A stretch of DNA of 62,821 nt, the filler included, from Octopus bimaculoides (Eukaryota): NCBI RefSeq assembly GCF_001194135.2. It is 6 parts of 6 records of this genome, joined end to end, with 100 filler letters (N's around TTAATTAATTAA, not from the genome) between each part and the next. Parts side by side here need not be neighbours in the genome. Positions count along the whole stretch, not along the records: positions 34,224 to 51,627 come from NC_069000.1; 5 more parts are not named here. One strand, written 5' to 3'. A program made the position numbers and the translations under genes. The notes under the pieces are model-generated. The model was given only the letters and a program-made list of their open reading frames with translations, was not told where the DNA came from and did not search any database. Below, piece after piece: positions 38,272 to 49,291 of this stretch. Position 1 is the first letter of the stretch; every line of letters begins with the position of its first letter.

Positions 38272-39072
38272 AGTCACCTTTACCTTTGTAGCAGTTGACC
38301 ATGGTGCTGTTACACTAGTCATTGGGTATGACTCCTTCGTGTATCACCTGGTTGACAATACGGGTGACTAGGCTATAGCCAACACCGCCAGATATCTTGA
38401 GCATCTCTGTGGTAATTCCTGATGGGCTGGGGGCTTTCCCTGTCTTCATACTCTTAATTGCTTTATCTACCAAGGTACTGTCAACTCATAGCTGGTCTCT
38501 CTGTTGGGTCGATATTTGGCAGACTCTCTTTCTCCCAATCATTCTCTTTATTGAGCAACCTTTCATAGTGGCGTCTCCAAACCTCTCTCTTTGCAGCCTT
38601 GTTTAGTGCAAGTGAACCATTATCCATGCGGACACGTTTCTCTCCTACGACATCACGATTCTATCTCACACACTGTCTTGCAACACGAAACACTTCAAGT
38701 CTTTGATCCTCATGGCCCAGAACATAGGCAAATTCTTTCTTATCTGCTTCCCCTCTGGCTAAATAAACCTGTCTCCTAGCTTCCCTTCTGACAGTCTGAT
38801 ACAATTCCCTGCTACCACTGTTCTTCCATCCTTCCATGCCTGTTTCTTTTCCCTAATGGCTCTGTCAACAATACTGTCTCACCATCCATGTCACTTTGGG
38901 TTGAGAAGAGACTTTGCACCATCCACAGATCTGGTCAGTGGCCCTCAGCAGGTTGTCCCGTAGAAAACTCCAGTTGTCTTCAGCATCATGTGATGCTATA
39001 TCCCCCTCTATTTCGTCAAAAGCTTCGAGTAATACGTCTCTAAATCTCTGTCCCTATGCAGGATCTTCACAG
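38272..39072 (-). pseudogene. RTE-clade ORF2 fragment (tether and RT N-terminus)
   Basis: WSFLRDNLLRATDQICGW..VWRRHYERLLN..KAIKSMKTGKAPSPSGITTEMLK..VNCYKGKGD. Confidence 0.85.
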
Positions 39073-39608
39073 GATATATATATATATATATATATATAAA
39101 TACACATTATTAATGAGATAATGCATGCTTGTGGTTGAACACTGTGAACCTGCAGTTCTTCATCAAGGACAGAAAACTTTTAAAGATATACTGTGTTTAA
39201 AAACACATGCACACATACCAGCAAACAACTGTCACTAGTGAACTGATTATCTTTCCCAAGACAGTGTGTCACCACCAACATCCTATCCAAATACGTGGTC
39301 TTAGGGATCCTGAATGGTAACTTGTGTCACTGCCAAATTGATAACAGAAGCTGACCTGCATTGACCAACAGCCAATCTGGATTCCTCTCCATTCAGTTCT
39401 ACGAGATTGATGAATTTGGTTCATATACTTGTTTATAATTTCTGTGTATAAATGCAATGTTGAGATCTATTGTAGAAGATACTTGCCCATGGTGTCATAA
39501 AATGGGAGTGAACCCAACACCAGTGACAAATCCAACTTGTTGACCTCTCAGCAATACCTATGCATGTGTGTTTGTACATATATTATTTTACATTATATAT
39601 ACATATAG

Positions 39609-39724
39609 GGATGGTTTTAACTATAGGTGTGGCATTTTAGAGGTATTTATTGACACAGCTTTGCCTGTAATTCCTGTGAGAAATGAGGAATACTTATCTG
39701 GCTTCTTAAACATAAAGAAAACGA
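39609..39724 (+). CDS. Candidate internal coding exon (116 nt): (W)DGFNYRCGILEVFIDTALPVIPVRNEEYLSGFLNIKKT
   Basis: Acceptor ..acatatag, donor GA|gtgagg; starts in phase 2, so TG+G completes Trp with 34357-34418; open frame with normal amino-acid composition. Confidence 0.6.
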
Positions 39725-41059
39725 GTGAGGTTCCATTTGTTTTGTGTTCCACTGTATTTTGTCGGTCTTTTTTTTTTGTTATTTTATTCCAAGCTGAAAC
39801 AATAATGCCTATAGTTATTTTTTGTAGGTGTTTTTATATGAGTTTGACTGAAGCTGTCCATGTCCAAAATTACTATTAGTGTTATGTGGAATGAATTATG
39901 CAGAGATCTGACCAAATTGTTCATGACAGACTGGAAACTTAGGAGCTAGCACTATTTTATTAAATTGTAATAACTGTCTAGCATCATAGAAGATTCATGA
40001 AAGCTAACTGAAACCTTTCATGACCATATTTCTATTGAAACATATTGTGTTGTAGTCAACTTTGAAAACAAAAAAAAAATATAGTCATTGAACAAGATAA
40101 CATTTCATTATTAAACCAGTGGTAAGAACATATTTAATAATAAAAAAAAGGCTTCTTACATAAATGCAAGGCTTTAATTTAAACATGAAGATTTAGAAAC
40201 TAGAACAGTTTTGTATCACAGAACCAGAAATAGTTTCAAGCAAGTTGGCTTTGCATTACAACATAAATGTTTCAATTAGAATACTGGCTCTCAGATAAAA
40301 ATCATTTACAAAACAAGTATATATCTCTAAAATGCTTTGTTTAATGATAATATCTGTCAGAAAGAAACCATTCTCTTACAAAAGCATAAACATTTTCGAT
40401 AATGCATTTTTTACCCAATGATAAATTTCTGCTTTTGTAATTTCTTGTTACATTATTAATATGGTTACCACACTAGACAAAATGCTAAGTAGCATTTCTT
40501 CTGGATTAAGTTCTCAGTTCAAGTTCTGTCAAGGTGACTTTGCCTTTTATCGTAGATTGCAAAATTGATAGTGTCACACAAAAATACCATGCAATATTTA
40601 GTTGTGTCTTTATATACTGATTTCAAATACTAGTTGGAGTAGACTTTTGTTTTTTTATTTTTCTGAGATTGAAGGACTACTCTACTAGAGTATCATCTGT
40701 ATCCAATACACCTTACTCCACTGTATCTCTGCTACCATTCATCACTCTAATTCTTCTGGACCATTTCTGTTTGTAACCTATCACCTACTCTTCCTTTGTC
40801 CACCCTTGCTTTTGCCCAATACTTCCCTTCCATTTAGACTCCAATAATTCAGTGCCTGTTAACATATTCTTTGCTCTTTTTACCCAACCATTCTGGCTTT
40901 CTGCTGTCCCCACTCCTCAATCACAATACCTGAGCAAAAGTGCATGTCTGGTTACTGAATATTCTCAATACATACTGTGTACAAGGTACCTAGCCACCAG
41001 ATACTACTACCACCATGAAAAGCACCTCTCACAAGTTTTTCACTGTGTTCCCTCTTGAA

Positions 41060-41278
41060 GAGTGGTTCTCAACCAGGGTCTAGAGAAGATTTTATTAAGA
41101 TTTATGTACAATAAATTAGTTAAGTTTCCACAATAAACAAAATGTTTTAATCTTTTTATACAACATTTAATTATAAAAATACAGTAAGTTTTTTTTAAAT
41201 TTATTATATACAGTAAATGACTATGGAGGTCCAGTAGAGTAAAGTGGCCCCTAGACAAAAAATGGTTGAGAACCACTG
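41060..41278. mobile_element. hAT (Charlie-like) MITE
   Basis: TIRs (g)AGTGGTTCTCAACC / GGTTGAGAACCACTG; 8-bp flanks CTCTTGAA / CTCTAGGA (6/8). Confidence 0.75.
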
Positions 41279-41749
41279 CTCTAGGATGATTGGTGAGTGA
41301 GCTGAGGCAATGTAGAATTGAAAACCTCCTTAGTCTCCATTCACTGGGGATCTGGCTACCTCCCTAGGTATATCATGAAAAATATACCCAGTGCACACTG
41401 AAAAGTAGAAAGGCAAATGAGTAGGAAAAGCATAGAGTTGTGAGGTCACTTTAGTTCTGTCTTGATGAGAACTTATCAACCTCACCTTCTTCCAATACAC
41501 ACACACAATTTGTTGTCTATCGAACAACATGTCAGACAAGTTTTGACCAAAATCTACATTATCCAATGTATCCTATGTTTTTGAGACAATAGAGTGTGAT
41601 TTGAGGGAGATCTGGTTGCCATTTCTAACACATTGTGCAACAACTCAGAGGCACCAATATTGACTTAACTGCTACAGTTGTTCATGGTGTGTTAAGAAAT
41701 GTGGGTAGAGTACTTAATTGGTTTCACATTTTGGCACAAGACTAGCATG

Positions 41750-41925
41750 TTCTGACTGTGGCCATGCTGGAGCATTTCCTTTAGTTGAACAAATCAACTT
41801 ATTCTTTGTAAGCCTTAGTACTTATTCTATTGGTCTCTTTTGTTGAACCACTAAGTTACAGGGACGTAAACACACCAACATCAGTTGTCAAGCAATGGTG
41901 GGGGAACAAACACAGACACACAAAC
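41750..41925 (-). mobile_element. SINE family C body (CpG-decayed copy)
   Basis: Homologous to 33925-34123 with many CG-to-TG/CA changes. Confidence 0.8.
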
Positions 41926-42042
41926 ATATATATATATATATATANNNNNNNNNNGTGTGTAAGGTATTTGAGGACATACCTTTTTTGGGTCATTGCTGCA
42001 TTTTTTGCTAACTCTGTATAATCTTTGTTTCAGAAAATAATA

Positions 42043-42638
42043 ATGGCAGACCCTCAGCTTATTCAAGAAATGAAGAGGCATGTTGTTATTGTGGTTACAA
42101 AGGTTGAACATAGCAATTTAGAAATATCTCGATTTTTAAAAGTTGCCAGATCTTTCGTCTACAAAGTTTGTAAGGAGCTAGAGACTGAAAACGGAAATGC
42201 ATCACCAGTATCAAAGCATAAAAAGCATTCTAAACACTCTGAAATAATCAGAACACCTGAATTTATCCAGCAAATTCAACAGAACATTGACTACAATCCC
42301 AGAAAGTCCATGAGGTCAATTGCAAAAGATCTCCACATGTCAGAAGGAACAGTCAGAAAAACAAAAAACACTAGATCAGATCTAAAAGGCTCTTAAACAA
42401 ACTTAAAAATCCAGGAGAAAAAGATTTGATTTGGTTTTTATCAAACGAGGAAAACTCCAAACAAGATCAAAAAGTTAACAGAAGAAAGGACAGATGGTTA
42501 TGTGCAGACACTTCTGAAGTTCCAAGTGTTATGCATACAAAATTTCCTGCAACTGTCATGGTTTTAGAGGCTGTCAGCAATGAAGGACATGTGACGCCTC
42601 CTTACTTCTTTCCACAAGTCCTTAGAGTTAACTCTGCC
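42043..42638 (+). pseudogene. maT/DD37D-like transposase remnant (HTH plus start of DDD domain), internally deleted
   Basis: MADPQ..SNLEISRFLKVARSFVYKV..IRTPEFI..NPRKSMRSIAKDLHMSEGTVR / WFLSNEEN..VNRRKDRW..TKFPATVMVL..VSNEGHVTPPYFF. Confidence 0.85.
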
Positions 42639-42752
42639 ACAAGGCTTTAGATGACCTGAGGCTAGACACTTGCCCAAGGTGCCACGCAGTGGGACTGAAC
42701 CTGGAACCATGTAGTTGGGAAGTAAGCTTCTTACCACACAGCCACACCCATG
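42639..42752 (-). mobile_element. SINE family B head truncating the maT remnant
   Basis: Homology to 10860-10989. Confidence 0.8.
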
Positions 42753-42769
42753 AGTGTGAGTGTATGTGT

Positions 42770-42995
42770 GTCAGTGTGTCTATGTTTGTGCCCCACTACT
42801 GCTCAACTAGTGCTGGTGCGTTTACATCCCTGTAACTTAACAGTTCAACAAAATATAACAATAGAATAAATACCAGTTTTTAAAAAAAAGTGCTGGGGGG
42901 GGTGATTCATTTGGTTAAAATTTTTCAAGGTGGTGCCCCAGCATGGCTGCAGTCTTATGACTAAAACGAGTAAAAGGTAAAAAGATAAAAGTAAT
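42770..42995 (+). mobile_element. SINE family C body, degenerate
   Basis: ..gtttacatccctgtaactta..gtgccccagcatggctgcagtc..gtaaaag. Confidence 0.7.
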
Positions 42996-43269
42996 ATTTT
43001 CTCAACCATCACCCCTATGGCAAATAAGAGAAATCATTATTATTATTCTTTGCCTCACCTGCACACCTCTTACAGCTTTTCCTTTATACTTCTAGCTTTC
43101 TTATTTCTTTACTGCCCACAAGGGGCTATACTTCTAGCTTTCTTGGTAAATGGTTTATAAAGTTACAATTTCTATCCTTCTGTTGCACATACACTTTATT
43201 CTTTTCATGACAGTGTTTGTTTATTTACTTTATAAAAATAGTAAGTAAATAGATTCTCCGTTAGTTTCA

Positions 43270-43590
43270 GCGATGAATATTCCAGTTGTTCAATCAACTC
43301 AACTGCTTATTCGTTGTGTTATTGTGTAAGTGGCTGAGTATTCCATGGACACTTGTAACTTTATTGCAATCCTCAGGGAGAAGCAGCATGACAAAGTTTG
43401 CGATAGTGCTGACCTTTGCATTACAAAATATAAACCAACTGACAGGCTTCCATAGTTTCCATTTACTTAATTTCACTTACAAAGCCTGAGTTGATTCATA
43501 ACTATGGTAAAAGATGCTACATATTGGAATTGAACTTCTGACCTTATGATTGTGACATGGACTTCTTAACCAAACATTTAGCCACTCTTA
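43270..43590 (-). mobile_element. Old SINE with a B-like head and an OR-like 3' body
   Basis: 43330-43420 resembles 61729-61830; 43450-43590 resembles the B head in reverse. Confidence 0.5.
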
Positions 43591-44883
43591 CTTTGCTTTA
43601 CACATACACTCACACACAAACAAAGACTAATGTACGCTTATGTATGTATATATGTATGTATGTATGTATATTATAATAATAATAATAATAATAATGATAA
43701 TAATAATAATAATAATAATAACTAGCATGACTCGTGAATATTTCATGGAATTAATGGTAAACCTATTGGGTTATTTCTGAAAACTCTATCCAAAAAACCT
43801 GAAACCATAGCCTGTGCTGTGTCCATATGGAAAGACAGCTGCTCATCTGCTAATCCTTGAAAAGTGAAAGAAATTGGAACATGATGATTACTTAATGCAC
43901 TTTATTATGTATATACACTTTACATACCTTATGCACACTTTTATTAACTTAATATACAACACTAATAAAATAAATATTCACTCTTATTTTTCCATTTTCC
44001 CCCATAAAGAAAAAAAATATATATCCCATATATATGATACAACCTTTAGTTAAATTGCATATATCTGCCATATAAATAAGCTTGAATATTACACAGAATT
44101 GCACTTAGGCGCATGCGTTAAGCAATAGGGGATATAAAAAACAGCTTAATTTTAAAAAATACACTTTTCACTGTCCAGTCACCACCACCAACACCACCAT
44201 CTCTCTCTCTCTCTCTGCCTTTTTTTAACTTCACTATCACAACATCACCCCTCTGCTAAAATTATATTTTTAACTTTCTTCCTCTACCTTTAACTAACAT
44301 TTTTAACCACATAATAAATATTACGTTCCCCTACCTCATATCATGGAGACTTCTCTCTCCATCTTTTTCTTCCTCCCTCTTTCTGTCTCACACTTCACCG
44401 TATCTGCTTTTTCTCTTTCTTTTTTCTTTCTCCTCTCTTTCCCTTCAACTAATCATGTGAAAGCATTACAATTACAATCCCTCTACCTCACATCATGGAC
44501 ACTTCTCTCTCCTTTTTCTCTAATCATTTGAAAGGATTTACTAATGGGCTAAGTAACGCAATGACAAGCAGAATTATTATAAGATAATAATAATGATGAT
44601 GATGATTTCAGATTGTGACACAAGGCCAGCAATTTCAGGAGGAATGAGTAAGTTGATTAAATTGATTCCACTGCTCAACTGGTACTTATTTTATTGACCC
44701 CCAAAAGAATGAAAGAATCTAGTCTTTCTCATTCACAAAACGAGCCCCACTTAATTTTGCTCAGACTGCTTTCAATTTTGGTGTATTGATGCAACTCTGA
44801 ATTTTGATTACGATCAACCAGTTACTTCATCTCCTAAATTAAAGAACCTGAAGTTATTTGGTATTAAAGTTGGGTAATTTTAG

Positions 44884-44929
44884 CCAATCAACAGACAGCG
44901 TGGTATTAGCAGCTTGTTACCATGACAAC
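44884..44929 (+). promoter_or_regulatory. CCAAT box plus RFX X-box-like motif
   Basis: AGCCAATC (CCAAT at 44884-44888) and GTTACCATGACAAC (44916-44929) in non-repeat DNA. Confidence 0.35.
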
Positions 44930-46789
44930 CACATGCAGCGTTGTGGTTCACTGTTGTGTATGTTGATTTTTCACAACATGAGATTCTTTTCACCCACATG
45001 TTTTGTTTTAATTTTCTGTGTGTTAGTATATTACATATTTTTCTGTGCTTCTGTGTGTTAGTATTTTTCTGTGCTGTTTTCTGTGTGCTAGTATTTTTTA
45101 CATATTTTTTATTTCATACATTTTTGGGATTCATTGACTCAGATAGCTGGATTTAGGATTTCAATAGGTTAATTCTGTTCATAAAAATTGAAATTAGGGG
45201 TATTTCTGAAACCGTTAGCTTCACATTTCAACAGCTTAACTGAAATTTAGCTCATGTAACAGGAACTGAGAGGGATATCATAGAACAGAGAAAATGGGGT
45301 TGATAGAGATAATTTGACATTATCTTTGAATTTTCCATGCAAAAATGTACGAGATTGTATAAGATACGGGTATTCTTTTCTTGGGACAAATTCTTTGTTG
45401 ACCAGTGTTATTCTTATTATAGTTTACAAACCCAAGGATGAAAATGTTACTCAACCTCGGAGCTTTGGAGATAGACACCCCCTTCACACACACACACATG
45501 AATGCATAAATGTTACATGCTGGTGTGTCCATGGTTTGGCAAAAGAGACCAATAGAATAAGTACACACAGACACACACACATCACCAGGTTGCTTTTCAA
45601 AATTCTCCTCTTCCTGTCGTCACTATAATCATCTTGGAAATATCCCCTCTCTCTTTCTCACCCCCTCCAGCCACTAAATCAACATTCTCAGCAAGCAATA
45701 TGGGCCCTGTTGCTGCCCATATATTATTACTTCTCTTTCTCTATCAGTTTTCTGCTTCTCCTTCTCTGTCTCTTTTTTTCTCTCACTGCCCCTCCCTGTC
45801 CCCACTACTTCATCCTTCATAGATTGTGCTCTCCCTTATTTTTCTTCTGAGGTGTATGTGCATTTACACACATTCTCTCCCTCTCATATTATTTACAATA
45901 TGTAGGTGATTAATAGGGTATGTAATTAATAAATAAATAAAAGTGTGTGTGTGTACATTTTTATCTCCCACAAGATGTTTGAATATATTTTCTTAATCTG
46001 TGTTTCCTCCATTGCTTTATTTACTTTAATAAATATGTTTCTATCCCCCCCCCACTTGCCAATCTTTATATCCACCCCTTCTACCACTGTCACCTCTCAC
46101 CCACCCATCTATCTTACAAATTTCCTTATTTCTCACTCTTTCTTTCACCATCCTCCCTTTACTTCATGCACACACACACACACACACACCTCTTCTCTCT
46201 GCTTAATGGGCCTTACTCTCTTTTCTCTTTCTTTATCCATCTCCTATATTTCTATTTTTTCTCCTCCCCCTCTCTCTCTTTTTCTCTTCCACAGTCTCTG
46301 CTTACAGTCTTACCTAAATCTCCTACTCATTTTCTCTCTCTTACCTCTCCCTACATTTCCTCTATCTGTCTGACTTTCTCTCTTTCCTGTCTATTCCTTG
46401 TGTTACCCTCATAACTCCATCTCTGTCCCAACTCCATCTCTGTCACTGTTTACTGTCTACCCCACACCCCTTAATACCCAGCCATACTGACATTTCTCTT
46501 TTCCTTCCCTCCCTCTTACTTTCTCCAGTCTTGCATGGTTTCTACTTTTGACTTAATCAGCTTCCGTCCAGGAGGGTGTGAACCAGTTTATGTTCTTTCA
46601 TGCACAAAGCACCCCTTGCTTCTCAAATTTCAGCTTCTCTCTGATTTGACTTACTCTTTCGCCTTTCTCCCACATTCTGCTAAAAACCACATTTTAATCC
46701 CCTCCTCCTCTTTCTTGTCTTCTTCTTTCCCATCTGCTCCTCCTCCCACTCCTCTTCAGTCTGACATATTTATATATGTATATGCATGT

Positions 46790-46844
<55 letters not shown>

Positions 46845-47424
46845 TTCATTTTGAAATTTTTTTACCTCCCTTTCCTACTATAACATTACATAGCATACAC
46901 CTTCATTGTGTATAGACACACACACACATGAGTAGGTAGATATACACTTTTGCAAACATCTATAATTCAATTTCAAGTTATATACTACATAAAACACATT
47001 AATATTCATGCACACACACACATATAGTGGGGAGGGAATAAATTATCAAATCTATTTAATGTATGCATGTGTATTGGCCTCTGTGTATGCATGCATACAT
47101 CTGTATGCAGCACCCTAGAGTTTAAGTGGAACCATGTGTTTGGGGTATGTGTATATATATACTCTGTGTGTATCACATATCTTCAACTAGATGTTCAACA
47201 TTATAAGGGGGCAATTTCATATGAATATTACTAACTATTCTTAACTCGCTAATTAGAGAAACGAGTATTTTCGCTTTTCTTTCTTCCTTCAAAGCTGCAG
47301 ATGTTGGTATGGAAGATTTCTGATATTATTTAAATAAACTATCCTACATATCATTACTCGCTCTCTCATCCTCCACACACCCCTCTCTCTGTATACATAT
47401 CTATCTATCTATAAAAACTACTGA

Positions 47425-47490
47425 AGCCAGTTCCTGTCAAGCCATCCAGCCCATGCCAGCCTGGAAAGTGGACGTTAAATGTTGATGATG
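47425..47490 (+). mobile_element. RTE-type 3' tail fragment
   Basis: cccatgccagcctggaaagtggacgttaaatgttgatgatgat. Confidence 0.7.
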
Positions 47491-48087
47491 ATCATTATAT
47501 ATATATATATATATATATATATNNNNNNNNNNNNNNNNNNNNNNNNNNNNNNNNNNNNNNNNNNNNNNNNNNNNNNNNNNNNNNNNNNNNNNNNNNNNNN
47601 NNNNNNNNNNNNNNNNNNNNNNNNNNNNNNNNNNNNNNNNNNNNNNNNNNNNNNNNNNNNNNNNNNNNNNNNNNNNNNNNNNNNNNNNNNNNNNNNNNNN
47701 NNNNNNNNNNNNNNNNNNNNNNNNNNNNNNNNNNNNNNNNNNNNNNNNNNNNNNNNNNNNNNNNNNNNNNNNNNNNNNNNNNNNNNNNNNNNNNNNNNNN
47801 NNNNNNNNNNNNNNNNNNNNNNNNNNNNNNNNNNNNNNNNNNNNNNNNNNNNNNNNNNNNNNNNNNNNNNNNNNNNNNNNNNNNNNNNNNNNNNNNNNNN
47901 NNNNNNNNNNNNNNNNNNNNNNNNNNNNNNNNNNNNNNNNNNNNNNNNNNNNNNNNNNNNNNNNNNNNNNNNNNNNNAAAGAAAAGGGAAAGGAAGAGAT
48001 TCAGGGGTTAATGAAAAAAGAAGGAACAGAGTGTCAGAATGAGCGGAGGGAAAAGAACACACATGCACACATGCACAATTGTGTGTG

Positions 48088-48225
48088 TGTGTGTGTATCT
48101 GTGTGGCAACAAGTTTGCTTCCCAACCACATGGTTTTTGGTTCAGACTCATGTGTCTTCTACTCTAACCCTGGCTGACTAAAGCCTTGTGAGTGCATTTG
48201 GTAGAAAGAAGTTGAAAAAAACTGT

Positions 48226-48228
<3 letters not shown>
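48088..48228 (+). mobile_element. SINE family B head, degenerate
   Basis: cttcccaaccacatggtt..ggttcag..aaagccttgtgagtgcatttggtaga. Confidence 0.75.
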
Positions 48229-48259
<31 letters not shown>

Positions 48260-48263
<4 letters not shown>

Positions 48264-48495
48264 GATCTCTTTGATAGTTGTAAACAAGTAATACCACCAT
48301 GCAAGCAGTGCTTTTCATTTACACTCTTCTGTGTAAAACATGACTGGCCATGGGAAAATATTACCTTACTTGAAAACAAGTGAAGGTTGATAACAGGAAG
48401 GGCATCTAGCCATAGAATATTCACCTCAGCAAATTCAATCCAACCCATGCAAACATGGAAAAGTGGAAAACCTGACATTAAAAGGATGATGACGA
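48260..48495 (+). mobile_element. SINE-like element with an RTE-type tail
   Basis: Ends aacaggaagggcatctagccatagaa..ccaacccatgcaaacatggaaaagtgga..gatgatga. Confidence 0.6.
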
Positions 48496-48511
48496 AAACA
48501 GTAATATATAC

Positions 48512-48790
48512 CAGTGGTTTCCGAAGTGGGTGGTACTTCCCCCTTGGGAGCGGTAGAAAGATCCAGGAGGTCATTGAAGAAAAGTGGGGTGATAATGGGG
48601 TGGCCAAAAAGGGGGTGATGGGTATAAAAAAAATCCCCAAAAATGGGTTAAGTTTTATTTGTGAAATACAGCTGTTTTAAATTTGCTGCAGAAAGTGGTC
48701 TGTGTTTGTGGTGGTGCGTGGGGAATGGGCACTAAGAATGTGGTCTGAGTGCCAAGAGGGCAGCAGCCTGGTAAAGTTTGGGAACCACTG
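48512..48790. mobile_element. hAT MITE (279 bp) with a perfect 8-bp TSD
   Basis: ATATATAC|CAGTGGTTTCCGAA...TTTGGGAACCACTG|ATATATAC. Confidence 0.9.
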
Positions 48791-49246
48791 ATATATACAT
48801 ATATATTATTATTATTATTATTATTATTGAGTGAGAGAGCAGTGCATGACATCAAGGTGATATTGAGATATAAATATACGAAACTCAAAATATATCCATC
48901 ATGGCAACCTGTCTGATAAGGGTACATCAGGCACATGCCTCACAACCATATTTGCACAACATGGTGATTTCATATCAAGATAAATAATGCATGACTTTGC
49001 AGGTAGGGCTCAGTTAGAATTTTCTTCAGGTTGAGTAGTCCATCCTGTTCAAAAGTTTCCTGGATATTATTATTATTATTATAATTTAAAACAATTTGAT
49101 TCAGACCTATGCAACTTAGTTTCGCAGACTTTTTACAAAAACCTAGCTTATCAGGCTCAGGTAGCTGAATCTAACTGTTTTAAGAATATATATAAGTCCT
49201 ACTAATTTGCCTTTTCCTTTCATTTGGCCACTCACCCATATATATG

Positions 49247-49269
<23 letters not shown>

Positions 49270-49291
<22 letters not shown>

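Noticed and set aside
43214-43240. 27-nt phase-1 microexon (cag|..|gtaagt) continuing the candidate gene
   Set aside because: Phase fits, but the sequence is T-rich and intron-like; no independent support
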